Shown here: one piece after another, positions 57,787-64,000 of the stretch
Layout: each line of letters starts with the position of its first letter
Numbering within the stretch: the first letter of the stretch is position 1
Origin: Candidatus Latescibacterota bacterium
GTDB taxonomy: Bacteria; Latescibacterota; UBA2968
Assembly: GCA_965204375.1 (NCBI GenBank)
Contig: OZ241986.1
Span: 5,984,001-6,048,000, forward strand
Reading direction: 5' to 3'
DNA: 64,000 nt
Program-made: the position numbers and the translations under genes
The notes under the pieces: model-generated
The model's input: the letters and a program-made list of their open reading frames with translations, nothing else
Database searches by the model: none
Told to the model about the DNA's origin: nothing

Positions 57787-59073
57787 TCACCGAAGCGAGC
57801 GCGTCCCGTCGGGTTGAAACGTGTAAGTGAAATTGTAAAAACGCGATTGCGAATCAGCGGATGGTACTGCTCCACCGCCTTTGTAATAGCTCGTAAATTT
57901 GAGCTTGGCATAGCGTCCATCGGCGGTGCGGATAACGAGTACGACCCCCGGGTTCATCAAGATGGCATGGGGTGGAAAACCTTCAGATCCGGTGTATGTG
58001 TACCAGGCTCTGCCAATAGCGGGTAGGCCCGGCTGGTCCTGTACATATCCGGATTCGGGTGCTGTGGAAAGGGTATCGTAATCTGTGGCTGCGAGTGCGA
58101 TTGCACCGCCTTGACCCGGACCACTGCTGCCGCTGTTGGTTAAGACGGTCGTGGATTTAAACGCGAGGTCCCATTTTGTGGAATTGGAATCTGCTGGCGA
58201 TACAATGGCGCTGTCTCGAAGGCTGTAATACGTGAAAATGTCCTGCCGATTCGGGTCGGCGGGTATATCGCGTGCGTTCACTTCTGTTAGTGTTGTGATT
58301 TCGGTGGTTGGAGACGGTTCGGCAAATAAACGCGATCCGTCGGGTTGAAATGTGTAGGTGAAATTGTAAAAACGCGATTGTGCGCTGGCAGATGGTGTTG
58401 CTTCACCGCCTTTGTAATAGCTCGTAAACACGAGCTTGGCATAGCGTCCATCTGCAGTGCGGATGACCAGTACGATCCCCGGGTTCATCAGGATATGATG
58501 GTTTGGTGGACCTGTATATGTGTACCAGGCTCTGCCGATAGCGGGTAGGCCCGGCTGATCCTGTGCGTATTCCGATTCGGGTGCTGTGGAAAGGGTATCG
58601 TAATCTGTTGCTGTGAGTACGATTGCACCGCCCTGGCCTGGACCACTGCTGCCGCCATTGATCAGGATAGTTGTGGCTTTAAATGCGAGGTCCCATTTTG
58701 TGGAATTGGAATCTGCTGGCGATACAATGGCGCTGTCTCGAAGGCTGTAATACGTGAAGACGTCCTGCCGATTTGGGTCGGCGGGAATGTCCTGAACGAC
58801 CACTTCTGTCAGCGTTGTAATCGGCTCAGGGGCTGGCGCGACTTCGCTGCCGAATACCTGGACGAAGAGTAAGAAGTCAGAAAAATCGACCGTTCCATTA
58901 TTATCGAGGTCATATACGGCCTCTGTTGTGTTAAAAGCCTGGGCAAATTGGAGAAAGTCGGAGAAATCGACTGTGCCACTGCCGTCAAAATCGGCATTGG
59001 ACGGTGTTTGTGCCAGGGCTGGTGCTGTTGCTAAAACAAAAATAAAAAAGAATAACAGGTTTAGAGTTTTCAC
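57787..59073 (-). CDS. Secreted protein: dockerin-like EF-hand pair + two tandem HmuY heme-binding domains
   Basis: Signal peptide; ADFDGSGTVDFSDF..YDLDNNGTVDFSDF; twice FTYYSL..WDLAF..NxGSSGPGQGG..WYTY..VIRTADGRYAKL.F.SYY. Confidence 0.88.
   Translation of the reverse strand: MKTLNLLFFFIFVLATAPALAQTPSNADFDGSGTVDFSDFLQFAQAFNTTEAVYDLDNNGTVDFSDFLLFVQVFGSEVAPAPEPITTLTEVVVQDIPADPNRQDVFTYYSLRDSAIVSPADSNSTKWDLAFKATTILINGGSSGPGQGGAIVLTATDYDTLSTAPESEYAQDQPGLPAIGRAWYTYTGPPNHHILMNPGIVLVIRTADGRYAKLVFTSYYKGGEATPSASAQSRFYNFTYTFQPDGSRLFAEPSPTTEITTLTEVNARDIPADPNRQDIFTYYSLRDSAIVSPADSNSTKWDLAFKSTTVLTNSGSSGPGQGGAIALAATDYDTLSTAPESGYVQDQPGLPAIGRAWYTYTGSEGFPPHAILMNPGVVLVIRTADGRYAKLKFTSYYKGGGAVPSADSQSRFYNFTYTFQPDGTRSLR
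57806..58821. repeat. Intragenic ~490-bp direct duplication (57806-58299 / 58337-58821)
   Basis: Near-identical DNA; the offset changes from 531 to 522 because of a 9-nt indel. Confidence 0.9.
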
Positions 59074-59103
59074 GACGGTATCCTCCCTGAAAATGTGAAG
59101 TGA

Positions 59104-61434
59104 TTAGAAGCTCTTTGTCAATCCCGCATAGAGTGTTCGCCCGGGTAGTGAAGGGGTGTAGTCCAATCGTTTTTCATCGAATATGTTGTCGATACCCAAT
59201 TGGACTGTCGCGACTTTGCGTATGTGTTGAGATAAGGAGATGTGCCAGAGGTCATAACCCGGTGCATATTCTTCTGGTGCGTCTAAGATGGTATTTAAGT
59301 TGCGGTCACGATAACCGTATTGTCCCCGATAAATACCGCGCAAACTTCCACTAAAACCGAGTTTTTCATTGTGAAAAAAGAATCGCATAGTAGCCATGTG
59401 TTTTGAGCGGTTGTACAAACCGCCGTATTCGGATATTTCAACGTGGCGCAGCTTGTTGGTTTCAGTGTCAATTTTTACAATTTGATCGGCTTCGATTTTG
59501 TCCAGGACTTCTCGATCCCCGGTTTCCAAATACTGATAGCCCGCGGATAAGGTCACGCCTGAGAATGGGTTTAGTGTGAGTTCGCTTTCTATGCCTTTGG
59601 TAAAGACGCGATTGAGGTTGAAATAGGTATAGACACTCTGCCCGCTCATTTTACGCGCGATGGGTGAGGCTTCGATAAGGTCCTGTACGTTATTGTGGAA
59701 GAAATTGATTTTGGCAGATATACTGCGTAGGGGGGTGATTTCAATGCCTCCGTTATACGAAACCGCACTTTCGGCGCGAATCTGTTCCAGTGATTCAACA
59801 TCTTGCAAGACGGCGGCAATACGGCCTTCGCGTTGTAGTAATGCCAGTCCTTCGCGCATGTATGTTGATCCCAGAACAGAATAACCCACGGAGGGATTTG
59901 TAAAATCCAGATACAATTGCTGAAAGGTGGGTGCTTTGAAACCACTGCCGATAGAGGCGCGAAGACGCAGAGAGGGTATCGGTTTGATGAGGAGTGCTGC
60001 TTTGGGACTCAGACGGGTTGCGTAATCGCTGTGTGCATCAATGCGTCCGCTGAGGACGATGTTGAGATAGGTGGTGGGCAACCATTCTTCTTGCAAAAAA
60101 GCAAAGGTATTTTGCGAGGTTTGCCGCCCACCTGTGATGCGGTCTGCTTTGACCGATTCCCAAATGCTTCCTGTGCCTATTGTGAGCAGATTTGTTTTGC
60201 CCAGGAGTTTTTGGGCCTGTACTTCGGCTTTGTGATAGTTTTGGACAAAAGTTGAGGCAGAGTAGGTCTCGCCGCTGTTGCGATAGGTGAGTGCGCTTTT
60301 GGTGCGGTACCTGGTGGTATAAAATTTTCCCGTTATCTGGAAACCGGGGGTCCATTGGAAGACGATTTTGGGATTGATATTCCAATCCGTCAGTCGCGCA
60401 TCGCTGTGGATGGCTTCTATCGCGTTGTTTGCGTAGATCTCATCCAGGCTGTATTGGTCTTCTACAAATACCCGCGCTGCAAGCGATAGCGTGGTTCGTT
60501 GATTGGGGCGGTAAACGATTTTGGGATTTAACGTGTAGGTGACGTATTCAGGCGCGGTTGGAGAAATCGTTTCAGGGGTGTGGTCATATCCGTCACTTTG
60601 GCTTCTGTCGATAAAGAATGAGATTCCAATATCGCGTTGGCGGGTTTCTAATTCGCCAGTGAAATTTAAGGAGCCAAAGCTGCCATAGCGCGGACGCACA
60701 GATATGGAGAATGGTTTTTCAGGCATTCGCGTGATGAGGTTAATCACACCGGCGAGTGCCTCACTGCCATAGAGCGATGATGTTGGCCCTTTGACGATTT
60801 CTACTTGTTCGAGATTGTTTACCAAAAAGCGGTCCAGGTCGAGTGTTCCCGCTGTGCGTCCGATGATGGGTTCGCCATCGAGGAGAATAAGCGTATAATC
60901 GGGGTCAAATCCCTGCATCTGAACGCCCATGCCGTGATCGGATATGACGGCCAACCCGGTTTGTTCGGCCAGCAAGCCTCTCAGATTTATTACGCCAGAT
61001 GCATCGATTTCTCGTTTGGTAATGACCTGCGTTTGGATGGGCGCATTTTCGACTTTGCGAGACGATTTGGTGCCTGTGACAACAATCGGCGGCAATGCAA
61101 TATTCTCGGGTGTCAACATGATGGTCATTCGAGCGGTGATGTTTGTCGAGATTTTTATCTCTTTTTGTATGGGATGATATCCTACCAGACGCGCTATAAG
61201 GACGTATTCACCAGCTGGCACATTGTTGAGAGAAAACCGTCCTGTCGATGAACTTACAGTTCCCAGTGATGTATTTGCAATGGTTATATTCACATTGGGC
61301 AGCGGCGTTCTTTCAGATGTTTGCACCACCCCTTGAATCCGGCCCGTTTCGTGTTTTGCAGCGACGGCATTGCATTGCCAGATCAGGAAGAGGAGCAGTC
61401 CAAGCCATTTCATTCCATTCATTACGTATCTCAT
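59104..61434 (-). CDS. TonB-dependent receptor (HmuR-like) with N-terminal carboxypeptidase-regulatory-like domain
   Basis: IVVTGTK, LILLDG, VEIVKGPTSSLYGSEALAGVINLIT, GFKAP, GIDNIFD..PGRT, terminal F. Confidence 0.93.
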   Translation of the reverse strand: MRYVMNGMKWLGLLLFLIWQCNAVAAKHETGRIQGVVQTSERTPLPNVNITIANTSLGTVSSSTGRFSLNNVPAGEYVLIARLVGYHPIQKEIKISTNITARMTIMLTPENIALPPIVVTGTKSSRKVENAPIQTQVITKREIDASGVINLRGLLAEQTGLAVISDHGMGVQMQGFDPDYTLILLDGEPIIGRTAGTLDLDRFLVNNLEQVEIVKGPTSSLYGSEALAGVINLITRMPEKPFSISVRPRYGSFGSLNFTGELETRQRDIGISFFIDRSQSDGYDHTPETISPTAPEYVTYTLNPKIVYRPNQRTTLSLAARVFVEDQYSLDEIYANNAIEAIHSDARLTDWNINPKIVFQWTPGFQITGKFYTTRYRTKSALTYRNSGETYSASTFVQNYHKAEVQAQKLLGKTNLLTIGTGSIWESVKADRITGGRQTSQNTFAFLQEEWLPTTYLNIVLSGRIDAHSDYATRLSPKAALLIKPIPSLRLRASIGSGFKAPTFQQLYLDFTNPSVGYSVLGSTYMREGLALLQREGRIAAVLQDVESLEQIRAESAVSYNGGIEITPLRSISAKINFFHNNVQDLIEASPIARKMSGQSVYTYFNLNRVFTKGIESELTLNPFSGVTLSAGYQYLETGDREVLDKIEADQIVKIDTETNKLRHVEISEYGGLYNRSKHMATMRFFFHNEKLGFSGSLRGIYRGQYGYRDRNLNTILDAPEEYAPGYDLWHISLSQHIRKVATVQLGIDNIFDEKRLDYTPSLPGRTLYAGLTKSF

Positions 61435-61477
61435 AAGAGCCTCTTTTCCAGGTATTGCTGCTGGAAATAGTATTGGT

Positions 61478-61918
61478 TTAGTTGAGATGAATGTGTTGTG
61501 GGTTGTGATGTGTTTGAGGCAAGGGTGGTAGTATCATACCTGAGAAGTCGTCGCATTCTTTTGGGAAGTCGTCGCATTCTTTTCGCGTGGGCAAAATGCC
61601 TGCGATCTCGCAGTCTTCGATAAATTCCAGGCGTTCCTGGGCGCTGGCGAGGCTGTCGCTCATAAGGCAAAAGTCATCTGCTGGAAGCACCAGTGTTGTC
61701 GATCCATAATTGACCGTGATATGTGAAGCCTCAACCGTGCCCTGTTCGATCTGGCTGCGTATTGCAAAAATTGATTGGCACAATTTTGCAAAGCAAGTCA
61801 GGCACATGCAGATATTGACATAGCCGTAAAAGAGGCAGACGTGGTCCTCTTTGTAGCGATAAACACAGATTGGGTGTGTGCCTTCGGTGTTGTTCGCCAG
61901 GATTTGTGAATTGTCCAT
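61478..61918 (-). CDS. Cys/His-rich hypothetical protein in the iron-uptake operon
   Basis: ATG 61918 with GGAGGA RBS; HPICVY..HVCLFYG..ICMCLTCF..LC. The frame is also open upstream to TTG 62107. Confidence 0.6.
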   Translation of the reverse strand: MDNSQILANNTEGTHPICVYRYKEDHVCLFYGYVNICMCLTCFAKLCQSIFAIRSQIEQGTVEASHITVNYGSTTLVLPADDFCLMSDSLASAQERLEFIEDCEIAGILPTRKECDDFPKECDDFSGMILPPLPQTHHNPQHIHLN

Positions 61919-62103
61919 GGTATGTTCCTCCAAATAGTTAGTGATTTGGTTGCAGTTGGATGGGGTGGGCGATCTTTTTTTATATTCGCTACCCAAATTG
62001 TGCGCCAGAATGAGTGCCATTAAGAGTGTCCAGATGAAAACGCCAGAGGGGATGCACAGCAACAAGGATGCCCCACTACTCACGAAAATGAGCGTTTTGG
62101 TTG

Positions 62104-63765
62104 TCAAGTCACAGGCTCCTCTTTGACTCTGGACGAAGGCCACATTGCACTGCGCCACAACAAATAGAACCAACCGATGATGGCCCCGAGAGTGAGGGCC
62201 GCGAAAATTGCGATAGTAGCCCAGACGCCCGTTGGCGTATCGGGCAGAGAAGATGCAACTGGTGGGCCGGGTATCGCGCCTGGCCCCTCAAATACGGTTT
62301 TGTAAGTGGTATTGTCCCACATTGCGATTTGCAATTGAAGCGGGGTATTGGGTTTTGTGGTGAGGGTGGCCGTTGGTGCAGATGCCATTCCTTTCAAATT
62401 GACGGATTCGCCCTCCAATTCGCTTATAGAGACCTCTTTGTAATTTGGAAAACCCTCGCCCAAAAATTTTGCGGTGAGTCGCATGCCTTCTGGTGGATTG
62501 CAAGGAACTGCACAGGTCATTTTTATTTGATAGGGGCCAACGGGTTGCTCCGTGATGACAAATGGCGGGGCGGTTTGTGCGCCGTAATTGTAAATGCCTT
62601 CAATTGTGGAGAATACCGCGACAATAAAATATGCCAGCGTGAGAATGAAGGACACGGTTGCACCGCGCAGCCACGGAAATGTTTGTGCAGGAATAGATTT
62701 TTTGCGCACTACCCATAAGTACGTACCTGCTAAAATTGAAAACGACAGCATCAATCCAAAGATGCACCAGATGATTTTGGTTGCGAGACCGCCGAAATAG
62801 CCAAAGTGAAGGGGATCTACCAGATCTGTAATGAAAGGTATGGCTGTGAGGTCTGCGCTGTGTTGGATGGCAATAACTTCGCCGCTAAATGGATGCAGCA
62901 GTACTTTGTTGGCGCGATCTCTGACGAGTGGATTGCCCGCTTGTCCGTCTAAATAGACCGGTGCGCCAATGCGGGTTGGCAGGCGCAGAGATCGGATTGT
63001 TAGGCCGGGAAACGCCGCCTGAGCGCGTTTTGCGTATTCGTTGGGCGCATGCAGCGTGGGCTGTGGACCGTAATTGTCGAGTGATGTTTTATCGACCTGA
63101 GGAAGAGGCGGTGGCAGCAATGTTTTGTAGTTGTTTGCGGCTTGAAAACACACTTCAACAAAGTAGAACACGCCTGTGGCCGCACTCAGGAAGACGAATA
63201 GAAGTATCCATATTCCCGTGGTTTTGTGCAGGTCTGACCAGAGCCTGCGCGGTCCTCTATCTGCGCGTAGTGAGAACAATTGTTTGAGCCAGCCTTTGTA
63301 AAAAAAGAATCCAGACAGACTTGATATGAGCAATGCAAATGCGGTGAGCGTGACGAGGACGATGCCCCGCGTGCCGTCAAAAAAACGCCGGTGAAAAGTG
63401 CGAAAAAAACGCTGCACATTAAAAAAACTGGTATGGCCTTTTAGTACGCCGGTATATGGGTCGAGATAGACTTTTCGCGTTTGTCCGTTTAGGGATACAT
63501 ACGCCAGGGCAGCAAAACCATTGCCTTCGGGTGCATAAATGCCCGACGCGATTCCGTCGGGAAACTCATCGCCCAATGTTTTGTACATTGCACTCCAGTC
63601 ATAAGGCGCGTTGCGGGTTTCGACGCGCATTGCGGGATTGAACAACCAGTCTATTTCATGGGATAGAGTGGCAAATGATCCGGAAAAGCAGACCACAAAA
63701 AGCAGCAAGCCAGTGTTTAGCCCCAACCAGCCGTGCAGGCGAAAAAGTATCTTGCGCCAATTCAT
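62104..63765 (-). CDS. PepSY-associated TM helix domain protein
   Basis: LHGWLGL..SGS, YLDPYTG, FHRR, DLHKTTG, LHFGYFGG. Confidence 0.9.
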   Translation of the reverse strand: MNWRKILFRLHGWLGLNTGLLLFVVCFSGSFATLSHEIDWLFNPAMRVETRNAPYDWSAMYKTLGDEFPDGIASGIYAPEGNGFAALAYVSLNGQTRKVYLDPYTGVLKGHTSFFNVQRFFRTFHRRFFDGTRGIVLVTLTAFALLISSLSGFFFYKGWLKQLFSLRADRGPRRLWSDLHKTTGIWILLFVFLSAATGVFYFVEVCFQAANNYKTLLPPPLPQVDKTSLDNYGPQPTLHAPNEYAKRAQAAFPGLTIRSLRLPTRIGAPVYLDGQAGNPLVRDRANKVLLHPFSGEVIAIQHSADLTAIPFITDLVDPLHFGYFGGLATKIIWCIFGLMLSFSILAGTYLWVVRKKSIPAQTFPWLRGATVSFILTLAYFIVAVFSTIEGIYNYGAQTAPPFVITEQPVGPYQIKMTCAVPCNPPEGMRLTAKFLGEGFPNYKEVSISELEGESVNLKGMASAPTATLTTKPNTPLQLQIAMWDNTTYKTVFEGPGAIPGPPVASSLPDTPTGVWATIAIFAALTLGAIIGWFYLLWRSAMWPSSRVKEEPVT

Positions 63766-63813
63766 TTTGCCGTTCTATCCCGTTAGATGCCGTGTTGTTC
63801 AGGCCTTTTTTAA

Positions 63814-64000
63814 TCAGAATTGATAGCGGACGGTCGTGTCAAAGCTTCTGGGCGTGCCTCTAAACCCACCGATGCGACCGCCATAACCGCCTGGGAAATA
63901 TTCTTTGCCTGTGAGGTTGTGCAAATTGACGGCGATTTTGAATCGGTCGTAGCGGATGAATATGCCACCGTTGACGACAAAGTAAGAAGGCAGGTTGTCG
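63814..64000 (-). CDS. TonB-dependent (siderophore-type) receptor, C-terminal fragment at the window edge
   Basis: Hand translation: DNLPSYFVVNGGIFIRYDRFKIAVNLHNLTGKEYF..GTPRSFDTTVRYQF*. Confidence 0.85.
   Translation of the reverse strand, partial: DNLPSYFVVNGGIFIRYDRFKIAVNLHNLTGKEYFPGGYGGRIGGFRGTPRSFDTTVRYQF

Noticed and set aside
1-64000. CRISPR array
   Set aside because: No regularly spaced 25-45 bp repeats with unique spacers and no cas genes; the repeats seen are tandem octamers or two-copy elements.

Overview
Bacterial chromosomal window. Dockerin-like EF-hand tags, a DUF6785-type membrane protein, a SigA-like factor lacking region 1.1, HmuY and a PorV-like protein suggest a Latescibacterota/Gemmatimonadota-like (FCB-related) organism; this is inference only. 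Core blocks are tRNA-Val(TAC) with rplS-trmD-rimM-rpsP-ffh-rpe (21-25 kb), hrpA plus a heterodimeric ABC exporter (28-36 kb), several catabolic genes, two divergent ferritins, and an iron/heme uptake operon (TonB receptors, PepSY-TM, tandem HmuY, IsdG-like oxygenase, HmuTUV; 54.7-64 kb). Three accessory patches stand out. (i) A SIR2 (Dsr-like) gene missed by the ORF track sits next to a TIR-TPR gene, and each has a copy of the same upstream repeat (0-3.2 kb). (ii) A tRNA-adjacent operon encodes an HExxH protein, a 514-aa unknown and an 893-aa tandem-PLD nuclease-like protein behind a poly-T promoter (15.7-20.9 kb); this is the best candidate for an undescribed defence system. (iii) A 7-kb stack of cargo genes lies between the MFS and amidohydrolase genes and contains a second, allele-like copy of the MFS 3' end and a 109-bp MITE. 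No CRISPR array, rRNA, integrase or transposase was seen.
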